The notes under the pieces were generated by a model, which worked only from the letters and a program-made list of their open reading frames with translations, did not search any database and had not been told where the DNA came from. From Mobula hypostoma (taxonomy: Eukaryota): a stretch of DNA of 64,000 nt. Each line of letters opens with the position of its first letter. Positions within the stretch are counted from its first letter, which is position 1. The stretch is taken from contig NC_086109.1 of assembly GCF_963921235.1 (NCBI RefSeq), positions 34,598,001-34,662,000 on the forward strand. Reading direction: 5' to 3'. Both the position numbers and the translations under genes were made by a program. Positions 39,471 to 51,864 of the stretch are shown here, piece after piece.

Positions 39471-39829
39471 AGATCTTCAATCTAAGCAGGCAAACACAAC
39501 CATTAAAATGAGGCAAAAGACCCACCCGTTTCTTGTTAGCTCAGGGAAGGTTAATTTAATCAGCTAAGCAACTTTGTCCAGGGGCAGTGGAAAAACAGAC
39601 AACATGGAAGCCCCTTGTCTGCCAGTCATGAGAAAGGCAAAATAGGATTTGGTATAATTCCTGATGCCCATCATTTCATGTGGCACCTCATAGCTACTGC
39701 TGGAGGTTGTATCATGTGCAGTTTGAAGCCTCACTCTAACTAACTTGCAAGCTTTCTACTGTACCCATCATTGGAAAATATCCTGGACTTTATACTGTAG
39801 CCCAAATGCAACAATGGTCTATTTCAAGG

Positions 39830-40035
39830 TGTGGAAAACAAACCTTTGGAGGAACTTTGGATGAAGCAACATCTGTGGAAGGGAAAAGAAGCTACATTTT
39901 TTTTGAGTTATTACCCTTATCCGGATTCAGTCCAGATGAAGGGTCTTAACCTGACACAATGGTCATTTCTCTCCATCAACACTGCCTGAACCGGAGTTCC
40001 TCCAGCACTTTTGGCTGCAGATCTCAGCACCTGCA
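39830..40035. mobile_element. Older palindromic PLE-derived element
   Basis: TGGAGGAACT...AGTTCCTCCA inverted arms around CAGTCCAGATGAAGGGTCTTAACCTGACAC. Confidence 0.6.
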
Positions 40036-40619
40036 GTCCCTTTTGCCTCCAGGGTACTGTTTAACGTTTTACCAGAAAAAAAAGTTTCCTCCTAACCCGT
40101 GCACGTCCCGACTAATGGGGATCAAACACAACTCATCTTCAAGGATGCCTCATCCTGGTGGGAGGATCAATCAGGGATTGCCCTCTTCCTCTCTCCACCC
40201 CCCAAATAGATGCTCCTTGACTTACTAAATTACCCTGTATTTGAATGGTGGGCCAGATATGATAAAGGACCCAAAACACTTGGTATTGTTTGGTATTAGC
40301 ATTAGCTTGTTATTGTCATGTGTACCAAGATGCAGTGAAAACAAACTTCTCTTGCATACTAGATCAAACCATTACAATGCATTCAGTTGGAACAAGGTAA
40401 AACAGTAACACAATACGATAAGTGCAATGTGAACTCAAGAATCCGCCTTATCGTGGAAGAGCAGCGAAGAGACTATCCAGTTTGTAGTCATTTCTAGAAA
40501 TCAGGTTTCTCTCACCAATGACGCTGCACGACCTCTTGAGTGTTTCCTGTTTCCTTTAAATTTCAAATTTCCGGCATTTGAAAGATTAACCCCCACCTCC
40601 CAATGTTTGACTTTCAGCT

Positions 40620-41030
40620 GCTGCCTCGCTGGGCTCGACCCCCCCCCCGTTTCCCGCAGGCTCCGTCCCCAAACGTTACCTGGGTGTTCTCGCCCTCCCG
40701 GAAGGCCAGCGCCACCCGCTGCCGCAGAAAGGTGCCTAGATCGCGGCCCTTCTTGGTGTGATCGAGCGGCCATTCCTCACAGAGCCGGAGGAACCGCCGG
40801 TAACGCGTCACCGCCATTTTAGCGCGCGGCAGCGGTTTCACACTGGCGTGCACGCGCCCACATCCGCGTCCACCCACCACGGCGATACTTACACAACTCT
40901 CCCGTGTCCGTTTGTGCGCATGCGCGCCGCGCGGCCAGCTGACCACCCGCTAATGTGCCCGCGGTTCCTCACGTGTCAATCAACGAGAGCCGGCTGCGAG
41001 CGTGTTGTCGGAGCGTTTCGGTCGCAATTT
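40620..41030 (-). promoter_or_regulatory. CpG island / UQCC2 promoter with NRF1 site (TGCGCATGCGCG 40915-40926), E-box CACGTG (40970-40975) and YY1 motif (CGCCATTTT 40812-40820)
   Basis: The only strongly GC/CpG-rich non-repeat segment in the window; motifs read directly and match the known consensus. Confidence 0.8.
40680..40817 (-). CDS. UQCC2: Ubiquinol-cytochrome c reductase complex assembly factor 2, exon 1 ([46 protein letters not shown])
   Basis: ATG in aaaATGGcg context and cag|gtaacg donor; 138 nt; closely resembles the UQCC2/MNF1 N-terminus. Confidence 0.96.
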
Positions 41031-41241
41031 AACCCTGGTCATTCCTGGATTTGGATCCCATCGTCACTCTATTACTGAAGCACTAAGTCTTGAATGGTCT
41101 TAACTGGGTGGAGAAGATCTTTTGGGAAAACTTAGAACTAAAAGGCACCATTTAAACGCCAAAGTTGAAATCTTTATTAAGGCAGTGATTTGCTGAACTT
41201 TTATCTGAAATGGGCAAGAGTCCTTGGAAATTTTCCTCAAA

Positions 41242-42630
41242 GGACATCCTTGGTGAAAATAAAGCGGTGGGGGCCAGGGAACTTAAAATCATCGAAAAGT
41301 TTAAGAGTGTGAGAAGTGTCACGAACATAGGTCGGAAGGGATTGAACAAGGGGGGATAAAACCGTGTCCAGGTATGCAGAAACGAGTTCGGAGGGGCAGG
41401 AGCAAGCTGAGACAATAGGTCGGCCAGGACAGGAAGGATTGTGGATCTTGGGTAGGAGGTAGAAACGGGAAGTGCGAGGTGTGGGAACTATAAGGTTGGT
41501 AGCAGTGGATGGGAGATCCCCTGAGCGGATAAAGTCGGTGATGGTGTGGGAGGCAATGGCCTGGTGCTCCTTAGTGGGGTCACGATCGAGGGGTAAATAA
41601 GAGGAGGTATCCGCGAGTTGTCGTTGTGCCTTGGCAAGGTAGAGGTCAGTACAGCAACGGGATCCCACCACTAAACACATCTTTCCCTCCCCCACCTCTG
41701 CTTTCCGCAGGGATCGCTTCCTACGCGACTCCCTTGTCCATTCGTCCCTCCCATCCCTCCCCACTGATCTCCCTCCTGGCACTTATCCTTGTAAGCGGAA
41801 TAAGTGCTACTCATGCCCTTACACTTCCTCCCTTACCACCATTCGGGGCCCCAGACAGTCCTTCCAGGTGAGGACACTTCCAGACACTTCACCTGTGAGT
41901 CGGCTGGGGTGATATACTGTGTCCGGTGCTCCCGATGTGGCCTTCTATATATTGGTGAGACCCGACGCAGACTGGGAGACCGCTTTGCTGAACACCTACG
42001 CTCTGTCCGCCAGAGAAAGCAGGATCTCCCAGTGGCCACACATTTTAATTCCACATCCCATTCCCATTCTGACATGTCTGTTCACGGCCTCCTCTACCGT
42101 AAAGATGAAGCCACACTCAGGTTGGAGGAACAACACCTTATATTCCGTCTGGGTAGCATCCAACCTGATGGCATGAACATTGACTTCTCTAACTTCTGCT
42201 AATGCCCCACCCCCCCTCGTACCCCATCCGTTATTTATTTATATACACACATTCCTTCTGTCACTCTCCTTTTTCTCCCTCTGTCCCTCTGACTATACCC
42301 CTTGCCCATCCTCTGGGTTCCCCCCCCCCCATCTTTCTCGCTGGGCCTCCTGTCCCATGATCCTCTCATATCCTCTTTGCCAATCACCTGTCCAGCTCTT
42401 GGCTCCATCCCTCCCCCTCCTGTCTTCTCCTATCATTTTGGATCTCCCCCTCCCCCTCCCACTTTCAAATCGCTTACTAACTCTTCCTTCAGTTAGTTCT
42501 GACAAAGGGTCTCGGCCTGAAACGTCGACTGTACCTCTTCCTAGAGATGCTGCCTGGCCTGCAGCGTTCACCAGCAACTTTGATGTGTGTTGCTTGAATT
42601 TCCAGCATCTGCAGAATTCCTGTTGTTTGC
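41242..42630 (+). mobile_element. Penelope-like element with inverted 5' segment (about 41242-41651 minus-strand RT N-part; about 41652-42630 plus-strand GIY-YIG and 3' tail)
   Basis: Minus strand has FYLLPKIH.P..PGRPIVS; plus strand has GVIYCVRCSRCGLLYIGETRRRLGDRFAEH...LEEQHLI; hammerhead-like motif at 42495-42530. Confidence 0.9.
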
Positions 42631-42689
42631 AGACAAAGAACAGGAATATTTTAAAGTGAAAGTTAGAATCATGATAAGTGAAGGGATGA

Positions 42690-43245
42690 AAAGTTAAAGT
42701 TGAAAGTAAATTTATTATCAAACTACATATATGTCACCAATAAATCCATAATAGAATTAATGAAAGACCGCACCAACTTGGGCATTCAGAGTGCATGAAA
42801 GAAGAAACTGTACCAAAAGAAAGAAATAATAATAAATAAACAATAAATATCAAGAACATGTGATGAAGAATCCTTGAAAGTGAGTCCATAGGTTGTGGGG
42901 AAATTTCAATGGTGGGGCGAGTGAAATTATGCCCTCTGGTTCAAAAGCCTGATGGTTGAGGGGTAATAACTGTTCCTGAACTTGGTGGTGAGGGACCTAA
43001 GACTCCTGAATCTTGTGATGACAGCAACGAGAAGGGAGCATGTCCTGGGTGGTGGTGGGGGGGGGGGTGTCCCTGATGATGAGTCCAGCTTTCCTGCGAT
43101 AATGCTTCATGTAGATGTGCTCAATGATGCGGGGGGGGGGCGGGCAGGCGCGGTTCACCTGTGATGGTCTGGGCTGTATTCACTCCATTTTGTAGGATTT
43201 TCCATTCAAGGGCACTGGTGTCTCCATACCAGGCTGTGATGTTAC
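42690..43245 (-). mobile_element. Rex1/Babar LINE 3' fragment
   Basis: Collinear with 25323-25830 and 31150-31605. Confidence 0.7.
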
Positions 43246-44029
43246 TCAAAGGAACTGCGGAGTGCAAAGTTTTACAGTCAAATAAGCAATGTTATTAAGG
43301 AATGTTCATGCTTCTGTTTATGTGTTAACCTGTAGGCAAATCAGTGGTGGTGCCAGGGATTTTTTCTTGCTGGTGCTACAGTGGGGCTGAATTATTCAGT
43401 GATGGTGCTGAGGGATATACTGTGTGGTAATAAGTATTCGCAAGGCCAGACACGTGGCGTTCAAAAGTCAGTTTCAAGCATTATAAATGCCTCTGTTGAT
43501 TCAGAAGCAACAGCAATTGGTAGATATAATACAGAAGTGAACTGTGACAGTGTCAACAGCATCGGAGACAACCCGGGCTGCACAGAGCATAAACAAACAA
43601 ACCAACAGAGCATCCGACCCACAGCGCACAACGTGAATCATGCACCAATCCTGCAGTCAGCGTCAAATGCATGCTTTTTAACTGAAAAACACAACACTAA
43701 CACACAATGTCCACTGCTATTCACATTACATAGACAGACAATGCCAAAAGATACACCGTTATTAAAGTCAAATAAGGCAAACAACAGATGTAAGGCTTTA
43801 CCAGGAGTTGGACAAATCGTGCTCTGACCATGCAATACCTCAATTAATTCGGCTACTGAATTTAAAACAAAAATCAACAGAATCACTGTTTGGAAGTCTA
43901 AGCAAAACCAGTAGGCTTAATAGCAGTAAATGTAATATCTTAGAATTTGCAGGAAACATAATATTAATAATCAGCATTAGTCTTGGCCCAAATTTTTTAA
44001 AAAATCAACTGCACTCACCATTGCTGTTT

Positions 44030-46016
44030 TCAAAGAAGCACAATCCATCTGTTGTGATTGGTGGTGAAAGCATCAATGATTTTCTGGATGTCAAGTGCTT
44101 TGGTCCTCCGGTTGTTTATGGCCAACAGCCGTCCCGAGCATCGCCGCTGCTATTCCTTAGGTAGTTTTTGAGGCGTCTGAGGCAAGAGAAACTCCATCAT
44201 CAGAGGATGTGACAAGTGTGCGTTCGGTTTAGGACCTCAACAACAAAATCATGTAGGCGGCGGGGTGGCTGGGCCTGTCTCCTTTCATGTGGTCTGCTCT
44301 GTATACCGGCCTTGACGCACAGGTCCCTAGCTCTTGCCTGTATTTCACTCCATGATTCCTCTCCCCGTTTTGTTGAGAGTGTATCCATAATAGACTGAGC
44401 CAAGTCCACAGCAGGTGAAAGCTCCAAACTGGGAGATCATAGCTGGTGACTCGGAATACATCCTCAAACAGAGTGAGAAGTAAAGCAAACTGCTCGTCAA
44501 TCAGTCCATTTACAGCTCTGGCCTCCGTTTTCCTCCGTGCATTTGGTTGACCCATAATATCCTGTAGTGTATCTAGAATGGCAGGGAGTGATTTCCTTAT
44601 AGCCTACAAAGCTGTATACTGCCATGCCCAGCATGAATCTGACAATTTCTTCAACTCCACGAGCTGTGCAGTTGATTCCAGTTCTCTCTGTTTCTTCATG
44701 AAAAGATCGTGGGCAACAGAGTTTGAAAAGAAGTTGTAAAGCAGCTGCACAGTTTCAAAAAACTCAGCCACTTGTGGTACATTGCTCACAACATCCACTG
44801 AAACAAGGTTAAGTCTGTGAGCATGGCAGTGTATATATAATGCCTGCGGGACCACTTTCCTGAACCGCTCTTGTATCCCGTTATTGCACCCGGACATCAC
44901 TGCCACCCCGTCATAACACTGACCCAGACACGCGTTCTTATCAATAACACACTGGGCGAGTGTTTGTTCAATGCTTTTAAGAAGCAACTCTGCGTCAACC
45001 CTTCTGCTGGAGTGAAGTGCAAAAATTCTTCAAGCACTGTTTCGTTATTCAAATACCGCACCACCACTGATATTTGCTCCTTTTTACTCAAGTCTTTTTT
45101 TTCATCCACCATGATGGCAAAATGTTCAGCCTCCTTGATCTCTGCACTTATTTGATGTCTGACCATATCTGCCATAATACCTATAATTTCATTTTGGATA
45201 TTGTGATGGGTGTTTTTTGCATTTCCAGGATTGTCCTCTATTTGTTTTTAGCTAGAGTCTTATCACACTGTCCAATTACAATGAGCAACTCAACAAAGTT
45301 TCCCCTATTGCCACATCCATCATCCTCCCGGTGTCCTCGCTGGGCAATGCCTTGGCATGCAGTATGGCGTAGAGACTCAACCACTGCTCTCATATACTCA
45401 CGATTTTCTTGGACAATCTTTGCATGTCCTTTGTCAAGCATGTTTCCCAATCTTGAACAGTCTTGTTTTCTCAATCTGAATTTGGCCCATGCCTGCATAG
45501 CAAACTTATAAGCTGCACTTACATGGTGGGTTATGAAAGCTGTTGTAGCTTTCCGCCAGTTGCGGTAACCGGTGACAGTGAAGGTAGACTCAGAATGGAA
45601 CCCATGTCCTCCACACAGGAAACGCCTGCATGCGAAGCAGAATGCAATATCTTTCATGATCGAATATTCCAGCCAGTCAAACCAGCCATGAATAAAACTC
45701 CTTTGCTGATTGCCAAACTGTTGCGAGCAGCGAAGGGTATTTTCAATGCTGGCCGACGGGGTTCTTCCTCAGGCTGCTGGCTAACATCACTAACAGAGTT
45801 CCCACTAGCACTAAGAGCAGCTTCATCCACGTTCTCTTCCAAATCCCGCTCCATTTCTCGTTCCTCTACTTCGCCTTCACACTCCTTCGATGAACTGCTG
45901 TTGTCCTCATCCCCACTTACTTCTTTCTGCATGTCACTTTCAATTAAGACAGGCTCGGGCTGAGACACCACTGATTCCTCTGGATGAGGTCGTTTTCTCA
46001 CTAAAAATCGATGCAT
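44030..46016 (-). pseudogene. Frameshifted and internally deleted hAT transposase
   Basis: Successive ORFs carry FCFACR (TTF-type zinc finger), QGIAQRGHRE...GNFVELL, FAIMVDE, GQCYDG..VMSG, YIHCHAHRLNL and a C-terminal FSCLRRLKNYLR dimerisation-domain remnant. Confidence 0.9.
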
Positions 46017-46074
46017 TTTTCACGCCGGCCAAAATAATGCATGTGCCAGGCCCACACTAGCTTGTAAAAGCACA

Positions 46075-46075
<1 letters not shown>

Positions 46076-46147
<72 letters not shown>

Positions 46148-46153
46148 CGCGTG
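46076..46153. repeat. (TG)n(CG)n microsatellite
   Basis: About 32 TG units followed by about 6 CG units. Confidence 0.97.
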
Positions 46154-48158
46154 GCATCCGTTAGTCTCGCGAGACCATGGATCTGTGCCTGGATGTATAC
46201 TATCAATCTCTCGCGTGAGTGAGAGTGAGTGACATCACCAGCTTAAGTAATCTTAGATCAGCTTAACTGATCTGAGGACAGCAATGGCAAGACATTGACA
46301 ACGAACGAATAAGCAGAAGTGTAGAGTGGACAAATTTCAGTTAATTTCTTGGTGGTGCTACGGTGGCACTATTGTAACTTCTGGTGCTGCTATAGCACCA
46401 GCTAGCACCACCTTAGCACCGTCTCTGAGGCAAATGATGAGCCATTAGCAACATAACCTTAATCTTGTTACTGTCTCTTTAGCTCTGCTTTTTATAGGGT
46501 CTCTTCCTAGTGTTACACTCTTGAGTATACATAGATAAAGTAGAGTAGAATCCTAGGGCTATACAGCCAGCACAAGCGGAGGGTCAGCCTGTGAGAAAAG
46601 TTTCCAAAGGTAATCTTCATCCAGCATATGAGGCTGTCGGACAAAACCTTCTTTCTTGAATACTTCTGAGGAATTATGCAGAAGGAGGTTCAGATTCATC
46701 AGGCAGCATATAAATCTACTGGACCGGTAATTATGCATAATTTCTATGTGACCATCTATAAAGCCACCCATGATCATCTATCCATGTCCTCCCCGGCAAA
46801 GAAAACATGCACATTTACTTATGAATGGATGTCAAAGGAGTAGGAGTGCCCTGGTATTTACAACTGTCATGTTTCCAAAGTCAGAATAAAATAAGATGAG
46901 CCAGTGACATTTGTAAATTGTAAAATCTTATATTCTGATAAAGTTCAAAATCTCTATGATCTTTGCCGAAGGTGATAAAAGTCTTCACATTTTTCATGGC
47001 AGTCGTAGCACTTGCCAGTCTCCCACTTTTCTTTCCAACCAGGAACAGCAGAAGATGCTGTTTCTTCACAACTTCAACTCATTTTAGTATAATGCTAGTG
47101 CATTAAGTGCTAAAGGACCAACAAGAATCTTAGAGAGCACATTATATTTTAAAAATAAATTTCAGCTATCTAGCTGCATCTGGTGTTCCCTGTTGTGTGC
47201 TAAAGGCAAGAAAGCCACAGTATTACAGTCCGCTCTAACTTGGCAGTGCAAAGGACTTTGGGGATGTTTGAACACAATAATATGAGGGACTATCTGAAGC
47301 AGAAAAATTAATTGAAGGTGATAAAGAATCTCAAGAATAAAGACTTCCAGAATTCATTGTTGGTAGACAAATAAGGAGAAATTAATGGACCTGTGCTTGT
47401 GGTGATGTTCTGCCTTTGATCCTTTCTTTATAAAATACCGAAGAGGCAGCTGAATGTTCTCATGCCCTCAATTTGTGCTGAAAAATTCACCTAATCTCTA
47501 TGCTAATAGCAGTCTGCCAGTGGAGCATATGAATCTGTAATTAAACAAACTGCAGACCAGTTACAAATCTAGTGAAGGAATTAAATTTTATTTTCAGCAT
47601 ATTGTTGTAGTCAAGTCTTTTGCCAGCCTAGAGATCAACTCGGTGTTTTCCATAACACCTACTGCTCCAGGGCAATCTTATCAGTACCTTCAGCAAAGTA
47701 GCAGAAGGCTATTCAGGTCAGTACTCTTAAGATCAAGGAACTCAGGAGGATATATTTTGTACACTAGCCATCTTGTGACCTCTCTGAGTCTGCCAATTAA
47801 TGAAACAGTCTCAGGTATTGTATGTTATCGCTGGCAGATTGTAATATTATATTTTCACTTCCCTAAGGCTCTCATGAATTTTGCTCCACCAAGAAGATGT
47901 GGGCTTTTTGGAATACATTATTATTAGAAAGGAGATTTTCTTTTGTCTTTCTGTGGTCTTCCTATTATTTCTATTTAACCTCTTCCTCTCCTACTTTTAC
48001 CCCCACACCATCAATGCAAGAGTTTCGAATGGGTTGAAATAACTTTTAAAGCAGCTCAACAAAAACATCCATTAATGCTATCATTGTTTTTACACATAGA
48101 CATCCATTTAAATTTTACCTGAATTTCCAACCCTAAACCTGCACCGACACTAAATTTG

Positions 48159-48726
48159 AAAGGCTTCATATCAGAATGGGAATGGGATGTGGAATTAAAA
48201 TGTGTCTATCCACGGCCTCCTCTACTGTAAAGATGAAGCCACACTCAGGTTGGAGGAACAACACCTTATATTCCGTCTGGGTAGCCTCCAACCTGATGGC
48301 ATGAACATTGACTGCTCTAACTTCCGCTAATGTCCCACCTCCCCCTCGTACCCCGTCCGTTATTTATTTATATACACACATTCTTTCTCTCTCTCTCCTT
48401 TTTCTCCCTCTGTCCCTCTGACTATACCTCTTGCCCATCCGCTGGGTTTCCCCCCCTCCCCCTTTTCCTTCTTCCTGGGCCTCCTGTCCCATGATCCTCT
48501 CAAATCCCTTTTGCCAATCACCTGTCCAGCTCTTGGCTCCATCCCTCCCCCTCCTGTCTTCTCCTATCATTTTGGATCTCCCCCTCCCCCTCCCACTTTC
48601 AAATCTCTTACTAGCTCTTCCTTCAGTTAGTCCTGACGAAGGGTCTCGGCCCAAAACGTCAATTATACCTCTTCCTAGAGCTGCTGCCTGGCCTGCTGCT
48701 TTCACCAGTAACTTTGATGTGTGTTG
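48159..48726 (+). mobile_element. 5'-truncated Penelope-like insertion with 15-bp TSD and short 5' inversion
   Basis: CCGACACTAAATTTG at 48144-48158 and 48727-48741; body is near-identical to 42075-42592; 48171-48205 is inverted. Confidence 0.92.
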
Positions 48727-49975
48727 CCGACACTAAATTTGTTTGGTTTCCCATAGAAAACTAATGTGATGGTGTTGGGTTTGCTGACCACAAAGTTCTA
48801 AACTCAAATGAAGATCTTAAGCCTTAATCAGATATAAATAGCTATGAGTACTCTCAATAAAGGGAGATTTTACAGCAACTGTTGAACTTCAAAGACTAGT
48901 TTACTTCCCTGTTTATGCTCCATGGCATGTTTTAGCTGCCAATAGCCACTATTTATGTGGTGGGCTCCCTCTCCCTATCAAGAAAATATTCCATCTAGTA
49001 AGTAGTTTAAGCACAGATCATTTATTTTTTTTAAAGATACATGTTTAAATCCAAACAACATTCTTAAAACACAATTAAAACTCACAGAGGGTTTCTATCT
49101 ACAAGATTTCCAAATTACAAACCATTTCTGAGACACAAGCCATTTCTTAAGCATAAAACATTCCTAAAATACAAGGATATCCAAAACACAGATACAATTC
49201 CTATAAACTAAAAGGACATACCAAAGATGCAGGTAAACAAACCAGCCATTGGAGAAACCAAAACCAAGGAATAGATTCTTGTTTCACCATGTGTTTCTTC
49301 CTTGGCTCTTGATTTTCCTTACGCCATTGCTAATAAGCTTGAACTGCTCTCAATATTTATACCTTTATTTTACTACTTTTGTGATTTCACATGTATATGA
49401 TCTTTCTTCAGATACCCTTTAACACAAATGGTCTAAAAGCATTTTGCAGACATAGAGCCCAGCTTAATGTTCATAGTTAATGCGGTAGAGCTTCACAAAC
49501 CTTCCAATGATAAACACATCAATTATTTGATATGCTAAATGACATTATTCATCTGGTTCTGAAACAAGCCAAATTAAACAACCCATTGCCTTATATTGCC
49601 AGTCAAGTAGCAATAAATCAAGTATAGTGAGCTAAATATTACTTCTCACAGACAAAGTGTCTACTATCAGAGCCTGTTTGCAAAGATATTCTTTAGTACT
49701 TGTTTTAACTTCAAGCTGATTATTGTGTGCCACTTATATTTTAAGAACTTTATGACCAGAAGTCAAACAACTGTAGGTTGGAAGTTTACTTACAATTATT
49801 TACGATCTTATATGTGGTAGCTGCTGTGCTTAGCAAGCAAAATCAACAAAAAACCAAGAGGCCTACTGGCCAGGAGAGAATATCCATCACGGCAAGAGAG
49901 CAAAAATGAACAATTATGCCATATACAAACATAGAAATTCAATTGATAAGTTTTTTAATGCTTCTGGCCACCTTT

Positions 49976-50362
49976 CATCATCATCATCAATATAAATCAT
50001 GTCATATGATGTGCGTGATCATGGTCAGAGGCCATGATCGTTCTTGGCAGATTTTTCTACAGAAGTGGTTTGCTGTTGCCTTCTTTTGGACAGTGTCTTT
50101 ACAAGACAGGTGACCCCAGCCATTACCAATATTCTCCATAAATTGTCTGCCTGAGATCAGTGATCACATGACCAGGACTTGTGACATACACCGGCTGCTC
50201 ATCTGACCAATCCTCCACCTGTTCCCATGGCTTCATGTGACCCTAATCAGGGTGCTAGGCAGGTGTTCCACGGTGCCCATGCGTGACCTGCAGGCTAGCA
50301 GGGGGACCGAGTGCCTTACACCTCCTTTGGTGGAGAATGTATCTCCATCCCCTGCTACTCAA
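49976..50362 (-). mobile_element. SINE-like insertion with (ATG)n tail and probable 10-bp TSD
   Basis: GGCCACCTTT (49966-49975) and GGTCACCTTT (50363-50372); CATCATCATCATC at the left end. Confidence 0.6.
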
Positions 50363-51864
50363 GGTCACCTTTACACTTATTAATAATAAACCCATTGTTT
50401 ATTTTTATTTGATGATGAAATTTTGTTTTATTTTTATTCTACTTTTGACACAGTGCTAAAATGTTTTAGGTACAAACTTTGCATTTAGCTAAATTTTCTT
50501 TTCAGTCAGCATTATTTCAGGAAATGCATTTCTGCTGATTACAATTTAAAGTTTAAGTTACCACCTTGCTATCCTTTTTTGATACGAAGTTTGTATTTTT
50601 GCAAGTGTTTTTTTCCATTTGGAGGTTTTGTCATTATTTAGAACTATTTACTGTCAGCAGTATTTCCTGATGTAACGGGGGATGGGGTTTGTGTTATATT
50701 CAGAAAGGATGATACAGTAGTTGGTTCCAACCAAGCAGCTGTTCTAAAATATCACAGTGATGATACGTTTGGAGGTATTCTCCGTTAATTATAGCATCAA
50801 CAACAGCATTAGACAATACATTTTTAGTCTATTTAGTTTTGGAGAATTAAAAATATAGAACTGAAAATTTCTCTTTGTTTAATGCAGAGATATCATGTGA
50901 CAAAGTGTGCTTTTCTTAAATAGGAACGTTGTGTCGATCAATTGCCCATATTCCTTTAGGTATACTGTTGATGTGCTTTCCCTGTCATGGATAATATAAC
51001 TGTGGATATATGGAAGCTCAGCACTTATTGCTTGGTCAGGTTAAAATGTTGCATCTTTATCTACATATGTATCATTTAGGTTTTAACAATTCCATAAATA
51101 AGGTTAAAATCAAACCTGGAAATGATCTAAGAATCTTTGATCTGAAATGATAACATTACATTATTTTTTTTCGTAGCTCAATGTAGATGACATATTTATA
51201 CTGAACAAGGAAATTGCATGTTGATCAAACAATTTGCAAGCATAATAATTTCCTATTTAAGATGTTGAATCAAATCTCTACTGCCTAGATTTTACTGTTC
51301 TATGTGCACTTCTCTCTTCAATTTGCAAATTATTAACATTTTGTATGTGGGTACAACATGAGTGTGGGGACAACATGAGTGGGTATTGCCACAAGGCAGT
51401 GGAGATTTGAGATCAGAGTTCTCCTTCTCCAAGATGAGCTTCCAACCACAGCTGACGAGTCCTATCTGCCCAAAGCGACTGGTTTTAAGATGCCAGTAAA
51501 CCACCTTTGCTTCTTCTCCTGTTAGTAAAAATGGTTCCACCAGGCTTAATAACTAAGGCACAAGTGAAGGCCAGGAGTTGGACTTGGTTGTCAGAGACTT
51601 TTTGAGGTGCACACCATTGGGAGAATTTAATAGATAGTGGGAGCTTATCCATACTACCTGTCCTGGCTATAACAACCTGAAGGAATGATAAGACACTTAT
51701 ACTTAATATAAAATATTAATATAATATGTACTTAATATTAATACAGTTGTATTTAATCAATATATAGAAGTCCCAGCTGGAGAGAGTGCAATACTGGTTC
51801 TCTTATTAGGGAACGAGACAGGGCAAGTGACAGAAATTTCTGTAGGGGACACTTTGCATCTAGT

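Larger units (their letters stand above)
43342..46427 (-). mobile_element. hAT DNA transposon (3086 bp; ZMYM1/Tip100-like transposase)
   Basis: Perfect 8-bp TSD AGGCAAAT (43334-43341 and 46428-46435); imperfect TIRs CAGTGGTGGTGCCAGGG and CAGAGACGGTGCTAAGG (12/17); subterminal GGTGCT repeats. Confidence 0.93.

Noticed and set aside
40818..40946. N-terminal extension of UQCC2 suggested by ORF 40614..40946
   Set aside because: Non-ATG start in GC-rich promoter DNA; homology begins at the Met at 40817.
44030..46016. Domesticated ZMYM1-like host gene
   Set aside because: Multiple frameshifts, an internal deletion, TIRs and a TSD show it is a decayed transposon.
51450..51490. CTGACGAGTCC resembling a hammerhead core
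   Set aside because: No complementary GGAC-GAAA downstream, so stem II and the second box are missing.
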